From assembly GCA_017634575.1 (NCBI GenBank), contig JAGBND010000075.1, forward strand, positions 6,399-70,398: a DNA stretch of 64,000 nt. The letters are read 5' to 3'. The position numbers were made by a program, and so were the translations under genes. Under the pieces are notes generated by a model, which worked only from the letters and a program-made list of their open reading frames with translations, had not been told where the DNA came from and did no database searches. This document shows positions 15,389 to 24,793 of this stretch, one piece after another (positions within the stretch are counted from its first letter, which is position 1; each line of letters begins with the position of its first letter). The DNA comes from Bacillota bacterium (GTDB taxonomy: Bacteria; Bacillota; Clostridia; Lachnospirales; Bianqueaceae).

Positions 15389-17134
15389 ATGGAAATGGTA
15401 AATGTAAAAGTTAACGGTATTGCTGTCAGCGTACCGAAGGGCTCCACAATTCTCGAGGCAGCCCGCGCAGCAGGCGTCGAGATTCCGACCCTGTGCTTTA
15501 TGAAAGAAAAGAACGAGATCGGCGCATGCCGTATCTGTATTGTAGAAGCCACCGGCACCCGCGGCATGGTTACCGCCTGCGTCTATCCGGTAGCGGAGGG
15601 AATGGAAATTTCCACCAACACCGAAAAAGTCCAGAAAGCACGCAAGACGACCCTGGAGCTGATTCTTTCCACCCATGACAAGCAGTGCCTTTCCTGTCCG
15701 CGTTCCACCAACTGCGAGTTGCAGAAGCTTTGCCTGGAATATGGCGTAGATGAGAATGCCTTCGAAGGCTTCAAACCCACCTATGAGCTGGATACCACCA
15801 CGGCCCATCTGGTGCGCAACAACAACAAATGTATCCTGTGCCGCCGCTGCGTGGCAGCCTGCCAGGAGCAGTATGTTGGCGTTATCGGCGCAAATCTTCG
15901 CGGTATCGATACCAATATCGATGTACCCTTCGGCCTGAAGCTGAACGATGTTCCCTGTATCTCCTGCGGACAGTGTACCGTTGTTTGTCCCACCGGCGCA
16001 CTGACCGAAAAAGATGATACCGATAAGGTCTGGGCGGCTCTGGCTGATCCCACCAAACATGTTGTTGTTCAGACCGCTCCTTCCGTACGCGCGACCCTTG
16101 GCGAGTGCTTCGGCATGCCCATCGGCACCAACGTGGAAGGCAAGATGGTTGCCGCTCTTCGCCGTCTTGGCTTTGATAAGGTCTTCGACACCAACATGGG
16201 CGCCGACCTGACCATCGTCGAAGAAGCCAACGAGCTGGTTCAGCGTCTTCAGAACGGCGGAACCCTTCCCATGATCACCTCCTGCTCACCCGGATGGGTT
16301 AAGTTCTGCGAGCTGTATTATCCCGAACTTCTGGGACATCTGTCCTCCTGCAAATCTCCTCAGCAGATGACCGGCGCGGTTATCAAGACCTACTATGCCG
16401 AGAAGATGGGAATTGATCCCAAGGATATCTTCAGTGTCTCTGTGATGCCCTGCACCGCCAAGAAATTCGAGGTAGGCCGCGACGATCAGGCTGCTTCCGG
16501 TTATCCCGATGTGGATGTAGCCCTGACCACCCGTGAGCTTTCCAAGATGATCATGCGCGCAGGTCTGAAATTCACCGCTCTTCACGACGAGGAGTTTGAT
16601 GATCCGCTGGGCGACGACACCGGCGCAGCCGTGATCTTCGGCGCCACCGGCGGCGTTATGGAAGCTGCCTGCCGTACGGCCAATGCTTGGCTGAACGGCG
16701 ATGACAAACCGCTGGAGCTTAAAGCTGTCCGCGGCACTGCCGGCATCAAGGAAACCACCGTTGTGGTCGGCGGAAATGAGCTGAAGCTCTGCGTAGCCTC
16801 CGGTGCTGCCAATGCCAAGATTGTCATGGACAAGCTCGCTGCAGGCAATCCCGAAGGATGGAGCTTTATCGAAATTATGTGCTGCCCGGGCGGCTGCGTC
16901 AACGGCGGCGGTCAGCCCATCCAGCCTCAGTATGTGCGTGACACCGTGGACCTCAAGGCCGTCCGTGCGAAAGCCCTCTACGATCAGGATGAAGCCATGA
17001 CCCTTCGTATGTCTCATGAATCTCCTGTCATCAAGAAGCTTTACTCTGAGTGGTACGACGGCTTCGGCGGTGAGAAAGCGCATCACGCCCTCCACACCTC
17101 CTACGTAGCCCGCAAAAAATTCTCCAACAAATAA
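15389..17134 (+). CDS. hydA: catalytic [FeFe]-hydrogenase large subunit (HydA/alpha, M3-type)
   Basis: N-terminal 2Fe-2S, His-ligated and 2x[4Fe-4S] accessory motifs. H-cluster motifs TSCSPGW, MPCTAKKFE and EIMCCPGGCVNGGGQP. C-terminal small-subunit-like tail. Confidence 0.93.
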   Translation: MEMVNVKVNGIAVSVPKGSTILEAARAAGVEIPTLCFMKEKNEIGACRICIVEATGTRGMVTACVYPVAEGMEISTNTEKVQKARKTTLELILSTHDKQCLSCPRSTNCELQKLCLEYGVDENAFEGFKPTYELDTTTAHLVRNNNKCILCRRCVAACQEQYVGVIGANLRGIDTNIDVPFGLKLNDVPCISCGQCTVVCPTGALTEKDDTDKVWAALADPTKHVVVQTAPSVRATLGECFGMPIGTNVEGKMVAALRRLGFDKVFDTNMGADLTIVEEANELVQRLQNGGTLPMITSCSPGWVKFCELYYPELLGHLSSCKSPQQMTGAVIKTYYAEKMGIDPKDIFSVSVMPCTAKKFEVGRDDQAASGYPDVDVALTTRELSKMIMRAGLKFTALHDEEFDDPLGDDTGAAVIFGATGGVMEAACRTANAWLNGDDKPLELKAVRGTAGIKETTVVVGGNELKLCVASGAANAKIVMDKLAAGNPEGWSFIEIMCCPGGCVNGGGQPIQPQYVRDTVDLKAVRAKALYDQDEAMTLRMSHESPVIKKLYSEWYDGFGGEKAHHALHTSYVARKKFSNK

Positions 17135-17181
17135 TCGGATGCGTCAAGGACATTGTTCCTGAAATCATCTAAGTAAAAGCG

Positions 17182-17220
17182 AAACAGGCTGTGATTTTCT
17201 GATCACAGCCTGTTTTTCTT
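17182..17220 (+). terminator. intrinsic terminator ending the hydrogenase operon (possibly bidirectional)
   Basis: aaacaggctgtgat-tttc-(tg)atcacagcctgttt followed by ttctt. It is also A-rich on the 5' side. Confidence 0.8.
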
Positions 17221-17319
17221 TGACCACATATCGTTTTCCTGAGCATCTGACTTTTCTTTTATTGATATATTGGTATAAAAAAGATAGATAACCTCGATTT
17301 TGCATTCAGGCTGCGACCG

Positions 17320-18171
17320 TTATCTCCTTAACTCCCAAAACGCCACCGCGCTTGCCGCCGCCACATTCAATGAATCCACCCCATGATACATGGGAATTTT
17401 CACCGTGTAGTCGCACTGGGCGATGGTTCTTTCTTTCAGCCCGTCGCTCTCGGTCCCCAGCACGATCGCCAGCTTGTCTTCGCCGCCCACTTTTTTATCG
17501 TCGATGGGAAGGGAGTCTTCCGTCAGGGCCATCGCTGCCGTTTTAAAGCCGAATTGGTGCATGGTCCGGGTCAAGTTGTCGGATTCTGTCCTGCTAAGAT
17601 AGGCCCAGGGCACCTGAAAGACGGTTCCCATGCTGACCCGGCTGGCTCTTCGATACAAAGGATCCGAGCATCCCTCCGTCAGAAGCACGGCGTCGATTCC
17701 AAGGGCTGCAGCGCTGCGGATCACGGCGCCGATGTTGGTGGGGTTCTGAACCGCCTCAAGGACGGCGATGCGATGAAAGGACGGGTCCTGCAGCAGCTCG
17801 GCGGCTGTTTTAAGTAAAGGGCGGCGCATGGCGGCCAGAACGCCCCGGCTGACATGATAGCCTACCAGGGTAGACATGAGCTTTTGCTCAGCGGTATAGA
17901 TCAGAAGATCCTTCATCCTGTCTAAAGACAGGCCTTTGCGAAGAAGATAGGTCTCGTAGAGCTTTTCCGCCTGGGGGATAAATTTCGGCTCCACCAGAAA
18001 GGACTCGATTTCACAGTCCATCTGCAGCGCTCTTTCGATCACATTCAGGCTTTCTGCAATAAAAATACCCCGATCGGGTTCATAAAAATGATAGAGCTGA
18101 TTTTCATTCAGCTCTTGATAGATTGCCATTTCCTCCTGCATAAAGGAGTCTACAGGGACGACTCTGGACAT
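17320..18171 (-). CDS. TrmH/SpoU-family RNA 2'-O-methyltransferase
   Basis: SpoU motifs NPTNIGAVIRSAAALG, LGTESDGL and IPMYHGVDSLNVAAASAVAFWE. Confidence 0.85.
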   Translation of the reverse strand: MSRVVPVDSFMQEEMAIYQELNENQLYHFYEPDRGIFIAESLNVIERALQMDCEIESFLVEPKFIPQAEKLYETYLLRKGLSLDRMKDLLIYTAEQKLMSTLVGYHVSRGVLAAMRRPLLKTAAELLQDPSFHRIAVLEAVQNPTNIGAVIRSAAALGIDAVLLTEGCSDPLYRRASRVSMGTVFQVPWAYLSRTESDNLTRTMHQFGFKTAAMALTEDSLPIDDKKVGGEDKLAIVLGTESDGLKERTIAQCDYTVKIPMYHGVDSLNVAAASAVAFWELRR

Positions 18172-18201
18172 TCATTTCCCTCCTGAACAGTTACAAAACG
18201 G

Positions 18202-18230
18202 TTTACAAGTCAGACGTTTTATATTATACT
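18202..18230 (+). promoter_or_regulatory. putative promoter of ispD-alaX
   Basis: TTTACA (18202-18207), 17 nt spacer, TATACT (18225-18230). Confidence 0.35.
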
Positions 18231-18262
18231 GGATTCACTTCGTTTATAAAAGGGGTTTTCTC

Positions 18263-18982
18263 ATGGAAAAGATTTGGGCCATTGTCGCGGCCGCCGGTGT
18301 CGGACAACGAATGATGAATGCTTCCAAGGGCACAAAAAAGCAATTTATCCGTCTTAAGGGTAAGGAATTGCTGGTTTACTCTCTGGAGGTTTTTCAGAAA
18401 ATGGACCGGATTGAAGGCATTGTCCTTGTAACCGGTAAGGAAGATGTTTCTTTTTGTGAATCCCTGGTGGAAACATATCAGCTCAGCAAGGTTGCCAAGG
18501 TGCTGGTGGGAGGCGCCAGACGCCAGGAGTCGGTCTTTATTGGTCTCTCCAGCCTTCCGAAGGACTGCAGCGCCGTGGTGATTCACGATGGGGCCAGACC
18601 CTTTGTGACGGAGGAGGATGTCAGTAAGACGATTGATGAAGCCCTGCTGTGCGGAGGCGCTATCCTGGCTGTTCCGGTTACCGATACCATTAAAGTTGTG
18701 GGTCAGGACCGCAAAATCGAACAAACGCCGCAGCGTTCCTCCCTGTGGGCAGCGCAGACGCCCCAGACCTTCCGCTATCCGGATATTCTCGAAGGACACC
18801 GGCATGCGGTGGTGATGGGGGATTTCAGATGCACGGATGACGCCCAGATTATGGAAAAATATATGGACGGCACGGTGAGGGTCGTGCAGGGCTCTGAAGA
18901 GAACCTTAAAATAACAACCCCAACGGATTTGCTGATTGCGCAGCGGATACTGGAAGAAAGGGAGAAAAAGCAGGCTGAATGA
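18263..18982 (+). CDS. ispD: 2-C-methyl-D-erythritol 4-phosphate cytidylyltransferase
   Basis: N-terminal AIVAAAGVGQRM...KQF glycine-rich CTP-binding loop. Length 239 aa. IspD-typical VHDGARP motif. Confidence 0.88.
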   Translation: MEKIWAIVAAAGVGQRMMNASKGTKKQFIRLKGKELLVYSLEVFQKMDRIEGIVLVTGKEDVSFCESLVETYQLSKVAKVLVGGARRQESVFIGLSSLPKDCSAVVIHDGARPFVTEEDVSKTIDEALLCGGAILAVPVTDTIKVVGQDRKIEQTPQRSSLWAAQTPQTFRYPDILEGHRHAVVMGDFRCTDDAQIMEKYMDGTVRVVQGSEENLKITTPTDLLIAQRILEEREKKQAE

Positions 18983-20220
18983 TCACCCGGAAACTCTACG
19001 ATGTGGATTCGCACATCTCTGTTTTTGAAGCAAGCGTTATATCCTGCGCGCCAGCAAATGAAAAAAAACATGCAGGAATGACCAGAATCGAACTGGATCA
19101 GACGGCCTTTTTTGCAGAGGGAGGCGGACAGGCCTGCGACAGAGGATATCTGGAGCAGGTTACGGCGGATCCTGCCGCTGCCCTTCGGTATCAGGTGGTG
19201 GATGTGCAGGAAGAGAATGAGCACATTTATCACTATGTGACCGGATTATCCCCGATCAACCTTAAGGCGGGGGAGCCCTTAAGAGGCGCGATTGACTGGG
19301 ATTACCGCTTTGATCATATGCAGCAGCACTCCGGGGAGCATATTCTTTCGGGGATCTGCTACGCATGGAAGGGGTACCACAATGTGGGATTCCACCTGGG
19401 GGAGGAGATCACGACCATCGACTTTGACGGCCCCCTGACCGAGGAGGAGCTTCTTCTTCTGGAGGAGAAGACCAATCAGGTAATCTGGAAAAACGAACCG
19501 GTCCGGATTTTCTATCCATCCGCCGAAGAGCTGGAGAAGATGGACTACCGCAGCAAGAAAGAGCTGAGCGGCGATGTGCGGATCGTGCAGATGGGCGATA
19601 CGGATCTTTGCGCCTGCTGCGCTCCGCATGTGATGAAAACCGGTGAGGTAGGGGTCGTGAAAATTGTTCACCACATGAACTATAAGGGCGGCGTCCGCCT
19701 GTCTATTGTATGTGGGAACCGAGCGCTGAAGGATTATGTTTTTAAGGACCGTACCATCCGCAGCATTGCGGCTGATTTGTCCACAAAGCCTGAAAAAGTC
19801 GCGGCGATTTTAAAAAAACAGCAGGCGGAAATAGAGGAGAGGAAGCTCTTTTTGCAAACCCTTTCCCAGGAACTGATCCGGTACCGGCTGGAGGAGATGG
19901 AAAAACAAGCTGCCGAGGACGGCGGGTCTGTTGTTTTTTGTGAAAAAATGCTGGATCAGACCGCTGCCAGAAGCTTGCTGAACAGACTCTGCGAAACAAT
20001 AGACGGTTACGGCGTCTGCCTGATTTTGAAAGAAGGGCAGCCGGAGTCTTATGCTTATCTTTCAGCCAGCAAAAAACGTGACTGCCGCCTGATCAGCGAA
20101 GCGCTGAAGAATCGGTTCGGAGCCAGAGGCGGCGGATCCGCTGCCATGACCCAGGGAAGCGTCTCGGGAAGCTTCGAAGAAATCAGGAAAGCCCTGAAAA
20201 AAGCGATTTCTGAAGGCTGA
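18979..20220 (+). CDS. alaX: AlaX-L-type alanyl-tRNA editing protein (AlaRS second additional domain plus DHHA1-like C-terminus)
   Basis: Zinc motifs HxxxH (HSGEH) and CxxxH (CCAPH). C-terminal GGGSAAMTQG typical of the DHHA1 end of AlaRS/AlaX-L. The start overlaps the ispD stop (ATGA). Confidence 0.8.
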   Translation: MITRKLYDVDSHISVFEASVISCAPANEKKHAGMTRIELDQTAFFAEGGGQACDRGYLEQVTADPAAALRYQVVDVQEENEHIYHYVTGLSPINLKAGEPLRGAIDWDYRFDHMQQHSGEHILSGICYAWKGYHNVGFHLGEEITTIDFDGPLTEEELLLLEEKTNQVIWKNEPVRIFYPSAEELEKMDYRSKKELSGDVRIVQMGDTDLCACCAPHVMKTGEVGVVKIVHHMNYKGGVRLSIVCGNRALKDYVFKDRTIRSIAADLSTKPEKVAAILKKQQAEIEERKLFLQTLSQELIRYRLEEMEKQAAEDGGSVVFCEKMLDQTAARSLLNRLCETIDGYGVCLILKEGQPESYAYLSASKKRDCRLISEALKNRFGARGGGSAAMTQGSVSGSFEEIRKALKKAISEG

Positions 20221-20295
20221 AAGACATCTTGATGGACAAATTTGGAAAATCTGACAAAAATCAGTCTTTTTTTAGCATTTCTTTGTAAATTATAC

Positions 20296-20325
20296 TTGAC
20301 TTTCCTATCTGGGATATGGTATTTT
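20296..20325 (+). promoter_or_regulatory. putative promoter of the cold-shock protein gene
   Basis: TTGACT (20296-20301), 18 nt spacer, TATTTT (20320-20325), preceded by TGg (extended -10). Confidence 0.45.
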
Positions 20326-20466
20326 TGTCATATGAGCGGAGGAACTCGCATATTTTTGTAAGTTATCTCAGGCCAGTGTGAGAGTGCAGATGCTGCTGAC
20401 TTACAAAAGTATGTGGGTTTTTCATATACTCTAAAATTCTTATCAATTTTCAGGAGGTACCTATCA
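20326..20466 (+). promoter_or_regulatory. long structured 5' UTR of the csp gene (cspA-type leader)
   Basis: About 140 nt between the promoter and the ATG. A 10-bp long-range stem pairs ttttgtaagt (20354-20363) with acttacaaaa (20399-20408). Long 5' UTRs are characteristic of csp genes. Confidence 0.45.
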
Positions 20467-20682
20467 ATGAATCAGGGTACAGTTAAGTGGTTTAACCCCG
20501 AGAAGGGTTATGGCTTCATCGCTAACGATGAAGGCGGAGATGACGTTTTTGTACATTTCTCTGCGATTCAGGTCGAAGGCTTCAAAACGCTGAACGAAGG
20601 ACAGAAAGTTACTTTCGACGTTGAAGACGATCCCAAGAACCCTGCCAAAAAGCGTGCAGCTAACGTTGTTGTTGTAGGCTGA
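20467..20682 (+). CDS. cold-shock protein (CspA family, S1-like OB fold)
   Basis: [18 protein letters not shown] (RNP1) and DVFVHFS (RNP2). AGGAGG lies 8 nt upstream of the ATG at 20467. The ORF-track start at 20413 is an upstream extension. Confidence 0.95.
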   Translation: MNQGTVKWFNPEKGYGFIANDEGGDDVFVHFSAIQVEGFKTLNEGQKVTFDVEDDPKNPAKKRAANVVVVG

Positions 20683-20759
20683 GTTTAACCACTTTGATTC
20701 ATATAAGTATAGCCTCTGAGTCCGCATATGAACACAGATCTAAACTTATCATGAACGGT

Positions 20760-20789
20760 AAGGATACAGCATGGGCTGTATCCTTTTTT
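20760..20789 (+). terminator. intrinsic terminator after csp
   Basis: aaggatacagc-atgg-gctgtatcctt followed by tttt. Confidence 0.8.
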
Positions 20790-20801
20790 CTTTGCTATAT
20801 C

Positions 20802-20830
20802 TTGTTCTATCCTGGTTTTCGTGGTAGAAT
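20802..20830 (+). promoter_or_regulatory. putative promoter of the 20864-25853 gene string
   Basis: TTGTTC (20802-20807), 17 nt spacer, TAGAAT (20825-20830), preceded by GTGg (extended -10). Confidence 0.45.
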
Positions 20831-20863
20831 AAAAATGCCAATCAACATCTATGGAGGTTTACA

Positions 20864-21265
20864 ATGGATTATCAAAAATATGTGGATCAACTGGTAAAAG
20901 ATGTCATGAGTTTTGCTGAAAATGTCAGCGATGTTACCAAACAGAAAGCAGGACAGGCGAAAGCCCTGATTGATTTAAAAAAGGCGGAAGGCGAGCTGGA
21001 TAAGGCTTACCGTTCTCTTGGACGCATTATGTATCAGATCGAAAAAGGAAATCTGCAGCGGGATGATCTGATTGTCGGCGCCGCGGTGCGTCAGGTGGAA
21101 TATCAGGAAAGCGTCATTGCGGACCTGAAGAAACTCTCCGAGGCCCAGGAAGAAGAGGGCGAAGAGCTCGTTTCCAATGAAGAGGAAATCGTGGCTGAAG
21201 AAGCCGAAGAAGCGCAGGAGACGCCTGACGCGGATGAGGCAGAGAACGAAGAGCCCCAGGCATGA
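20864..21265 (+). CDS. hypothetical coiled-coil protein with a poly-acidic C-terminal tail
   Basis: 133 aa with a strong GGAGG RBS. Heptad-like helical N-terminal ~95 aa, then EAQEEEGEELVSNEEEIVAEEAEEAQETPDADEAENEEPQA. I recognise no family. Confidence 0.6.
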   Translation: MDYQKYVDQLVKDVMSFAENVSDVTKQKAGQAKALIDLKKAEGELDKAYRSLGRIMYQIEKGNLQRDDLIVGAAVRQVEYQESVIADLKKLSEAQEEEGEELVSNEEEIVAEEAEEAQETPDADEAENEEPQA

Positions 21266-21543
21266 ACCCGCAGGAGATCTTAAAGGACCTGACCAGAAAG
21301 AAAACATCTTCTGTCTGCTGCATCTGCTTTCATGAAACCCATCCTGCCGTCTGCGAGCTGATTGCAGAGGATGAAATGGAAAAATATATGCAGGCGGAGG
21401 GCGGATATGAGATTCTGGCAAAGGCCCCCGGAAAATCGGAGGCGCTTGCCATGGTTCAGGACGCGCTGCTGTTTGCTTTTGAGAAGGATCCCTCTCTTAA
21501 AAGCGTGAAACGGAATATCAGACAATACTTTGAAACTTTGTAA
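21262..21543 (+). CDS. hypothetical small protein with a Cys/His cluster
   Basis: 93 aa. The start overlaps the upstream stop (ATGA), implying translational coupling. VCCICFHETHPAVCE is a possible metal site. I recognise no family. Confidence 0.5.
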   Translation: MNPQEILKDLTRKKTSSVCCICFHETHPAVCELIAEDEMEKYMQAEGGYEILAKAPGKSEALAMVQDALLFAFEKDPSLKSVKRNIRQYFETL

Positions 21544-21567
21544 GACATTTTTCAGGAAGGAGGATCT

Positions 21568-22716
21568 ATGTTCATCACATTATCGGTGTTGAGCGTTATC
21601 GGACTGATTTTGAAATGGATCCTCTATGTGATCCTGGGCGTGATCGGGCTGGTGCTTCTGATCTTGCTGATTGTCCTTTTGAACCCGTTTCGGTATGGCG
21701 TTTCGGCATATAGGCGCAATGCATCCGATGCGGAAAAGGCTGAAAAAAGCGATTCTCTTTTGCTGGGAGCCTTCATGGAGGCTCATGTCAAGGTAACCTG
21801 GCTGTTCCATCTGGTTCGGGTTAAGGTCGATTTTGTGGATAAGAAGCTTTCTTATTCGGTCAAGGTCGCCTGGAAAACCCTGCTCGCTTCGGAAGAAGAA
21901 AAGGCAGAGGCCGATCAGCCGGATGAGCTGCTTGAGGGAAAAGAGCCCGAGGTATACGAGGTCTCGGAGCTTCTTTCCAAAGAAGAGACCCCTCCGGAAG
22001 AGGCGCCGCCCGATGCAGCTTATGAAATGCAAACCGATAGCGCCGGGGAAGATGCGGTGATGGAAGAAGCCGGGACGCAGGCGGAAGCTTCCGATGAAGA
22101 TCTTCTGTTCGCTGCGGAAGCTCCGGAGGAAGCATTGGATGAATCCCTGAGCGATCAGGCCTACTGGTCTGAAGCGGTTTCCTCCGACAAGGAGGCGTCC
22201 GAGCCAGAGGAGGCTCCGGCTCTTTCCCTGGATGAGAAAATTGATCAGGCCCTGGATCGGCTGGATCAAACCATAGACCTTCTGGACGAGCTGCCGGATA
22301 AAATCGATACACTGGTAGAAGATAAGCTTAGACCGGTGAACAAGCTTCTGGCGAAGCTGGATGCTTTTGAAGATAAAGATAAGGCTTTGAAGGTCATTTT
22401 GCGGCTGCTGAAACGGGAAATCCGTCCCCTTGTGCCCAAGACGGCCAAGGCGGAAGTAACCTATGGCACAGGCGATCCTTACCTGACTTCCCGCATTCAG
22501 GGATATCAGATTGCGCTTGCGCCCTTCCTTTTCCCAAGAAAGCGTGCGAGCAGAAGCTTCGAGGCTTATCCGGATCTGGATAAGCGGACGCTGGAATTTG
22601 AAGTGGATATTCGGGACTGGTTTTTGTTAGGAGCGTTTATTCCGCCCTTGATTGCCGCCATATGCAATATTCATACCTGGCATCTGATCAAGTTCCTGAA
22701 AAACATGAAAAAATGA
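21568..22716 (+). CDS. membrane protein, probably DUF2953/YtfI-like, with a ~150-aa acidic insertion
   Basis: N-terminal TM segment. Its position directly upstream of a YtfJ/GerW homologue mirrors ytfI-ytfJ of Bacillus. The family assignment rests on context and is not verified. Confidence 0.5.
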   Translation: MFITLSVLSVIGLILKWILYVILGVIGLVLLILLIVLLNPFRYGVSAYRRNASDAEKAEKSDSLLLGAFMEAHVKVTWLFHLVRVKVDFVDKKLSYSVKVAWKTLLASEEEKAEADQPDELLEGKEPEVYEVSELLSKEETPPEEAPPDAAYEMQTDSAGEDAVMEEAGTQAEASDEDLLFAAEAPEEALDESLSDQAYWSEAVSSDKEASEPEEAPALSLDEKIDQALDRLDQTIDLLDELPDKIDTLVEDKLRPVNKLLAKLDAFEDKDKALKVILRLLKREIRPLVPKTAKAEVTYGTGDPYLTSRIQGYQIALAPFLFPRKRASRSFEAYPDLDKRTLEFEVDIRDWFLLGAFIPPLIAAICNIHTWHLIKFLKNMKK

Positions 22717-22779
22717 TTTTTGCAACAAACATGGCTATGACTGCAGCAGCCATATGATGATAAAAAGGAGTACAAGAGC

Positions 22780-23175
22780 ATGGCAAACAGAAATGAATCC
22801 CTAAAAGACCTGCTGAACCAGATGGAAGGCTTTGTTTCCACGAAAAGCGTCATTGGCGAGCCCATGACGCTGAATGATATGGTGATTCTTCCGCTTCTGG
22901 ATGTGTCATTGGGAGCCGGCGCCGGTGCCAGAGACCGGGAAAAAGCAGGCGGCCTTGGAGGCGCCGTATCGGCTAAAATGTCTCCGAGCGCAGTGCTTGT
23001 GATTAAAGACGGTCAGGTTCGGATTGTCAATATCAAAAATCAGGACACCGTCACGAAAGCCCTGGATATGGTTCCGGATATTCTGGACCGCTTTAAACCG
23101 GCCAGACGCGCTGAGGATGCCGTGATCGTCGAGACCGTTAAATCCCAGGAGTCGGAAAAGCCTGCCGAGGACTGA
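22780..23175 (+). CDS. ytfJ: GerW/YtfJ-family sporulation protein
   Basis: KSVIGEPMTLNDMVILPLLDVSLGAGAGA...GGLGGAVSAKMSPSAVLVIKDGQVRIVN matches the conserved YtfJ core. Confidence 0.8.
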   Translation: MANRNESLKDLLNQMEGFVSTKSVIGEPMTLNDMVILPLLDVSLGAGAGARDREKAGGLGGAVSAKMSPSAVLVIKDGQVRIVNIKNQDTVTKALDMVPDILDRFKPARRAEDAVIVETVKSQESEKPAED

Positions 23176-23182
23176 TCCTGCC

Positions 23183-24793
23183 ATGATCCGAAAGATAATC
23201 AATGCCCGGATTGTAGATGGATCCGGGGAAGCTCCCTTTCTTGGCGGTGTTGAAATCAAGGATGGCCGGATCAACCGTGTTTTCAGAGGACCGTCCAGGG
23301 ACAGGGCGGAGGATGTTCTGGATGCGCAGGGCATGGTTCTTACGCCGGGTTTCGTGGATATTCACCGTCATCATGATATTGCAGCGCTGCTGGATCCCGA
23401 ATTCGGCAGCATAGAGCTTGCCCAGGGTATTACCACGGCTGTTTGCGGAAACTGCGGCCTGGCTCCCTTCCCCAACAGTGACCGCACCAGAGCCATGCAG
23501 TTTCGTTATATTGAGCCCTGCCTTGGAAAGATGCCGGAAGATACGCCCATTCATCTGGTTTCCGAGTTTATGGATGCCCTGGAAGAAAAGAAGCTTCCCA
23601 TCCATGTAGGCGTGCTGGTTGGGGCTGGCGCCTGCGCGTCTTCCGTGATCGGCTATGAGCACAGAGGATTTACATCCGAGGAACGGCAGCAGGCTGTCAT
23701 GCTTGTGAGGGATGGAATGGAGCATGGCGCCCTGGGACTTTCCTTTGGCATTATGTATGAGCCGGAATGCTATCTGTCCAGAGAAGATCAGGTGGCCATG
23801 GCGCGGGAGGCAGGCCTTGCAGGCGGATTTGTCAGCTGCCATATCCGCGGCGAGGGTGATTCCCTGGTGGAATCGGTCAAGGAAATTATCGGCATCTGCG
23901 AAGAGGCCTCTGTTCCTTTAAATATATCCCATTTTAAATCCACGGGACTTAAGAACTGGAACAAGGCTATTTTTGAGGCGATTGACGTGATTGAAAGCGC
24001 CAGAGCCCGAGGCGTCCGGGTGACCTGCGATGCATATCCATACAATGCCGGCGCAACCACTGCCATGTCGCTGATTCCGCCTGAGGTGCTGGAAGGAAGA
24101 AGCACCGACTATCTGGCGACCGATGAGGGAATCAGCCATCTGAAGAGGCTGATTTATCAGAAGATTCCCGGATGGGACAATATGGTCGAATCCATTGGCT
24201 GGGACCGTGTGGTGATCGGCGGCGTAAACCTTGCGAAAAACAGGGAATATGCCGGAAAGAGCGTCCAGCAGATCAGCGATGCGCTGGGAATGGATCCCAC
24301 GGAATTCTTTGCCCGCCTGGTTGCAGAAGAAGAAGGCAAGGTGGGCATCACGATCTTCAGCATGAGCGAAACCGATGTGGAGCAGGTGCTGAAGCTTCCC
24401 TATTCGGTTGTGATATCGGACAGTCTTTACGGCGGCATGGAGCATCCGCATCCCAGACTTTATGGATCTTTCCCCCGTTTCCTGCGCAAGTTTGTCGTGG
24501 AAGACGGCGTTCTTTCGCTGGAAGAGGCGGTTCGAAAGATGACTTTCCTTCCGGCCAAACGCGTGGGGCTTAAAGACCGCGGGCTGATTGAGCCCGGATA
24601 TGCGGCGGATCTGAATCTCTTCGACCTTCAATCCATTACGGATCAGGCGGATTTCGTAAATCCGAAACAGCTTGCCGAAGGTATTTTCCTGACGCTGGTT
24701 GAAGGAAAAGAAGCGGCTGCGAACAGCCGGCGCCTGGAGGGGGCTTACGGGAAGCTGCTAAGAAAACAAGGAACGGAGTACGAGTTTGAATAA
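23183..24793 (+). CDS. N-acyl-D-amino-acid deacylase (D-aminoacylase) family amidohydrolase
   Basis: RIVDGSG...PGFVDIHRHHD...QGITTAVCGNCG is the N-terminal signature of D-aminoacylases. 536 aa. Confidence 0.8.
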   Translation: MIRKIINARIVDGSGEAPFLGGVEIKDGRINRVFRGPSRDRAEDVLDAQGMVLTPGFVDIHRHHDIAALLDPEFGSIELAQGITTAVCGNCGLAPFPNSDRTRAMQFRYIEPCLGKMPEDTPIHLVSEFMDALEEKKLPIHVGVLVGAGACASSVIGYEHRGFTSEERQQAVMLVRDGMEHGALGLSFGIMYEPECYLSREDQVAMAREAGLAGGFVSCHIRGEGDSLVESVKEIIGICEEASVPLNISHFKSTGLKNWNKAIFEAIDVIESARARGVRVTCDAYPYNAGATTAMSLIPPEVLEGRSTDYLATDEGISHLKRLIYQKIPGWDNMVESIGWDRVVIGGVNLAKNREYAGKSVQQISDALGMDPTEFFARLVAEEEGKVGITIFSMSETDVEQVLKLPYSVVISDSLYGGMEHPHPRLYGSFPRFLRKFVVEDGVLSLEEAVRKMTFLPAKRVGLKDRGLIEPGYAADLNLFDLQSITDQADFVNPKQLAEGIFLTLVEGKEAAANSRRLEGAYGKLLRKQGTEYEFE

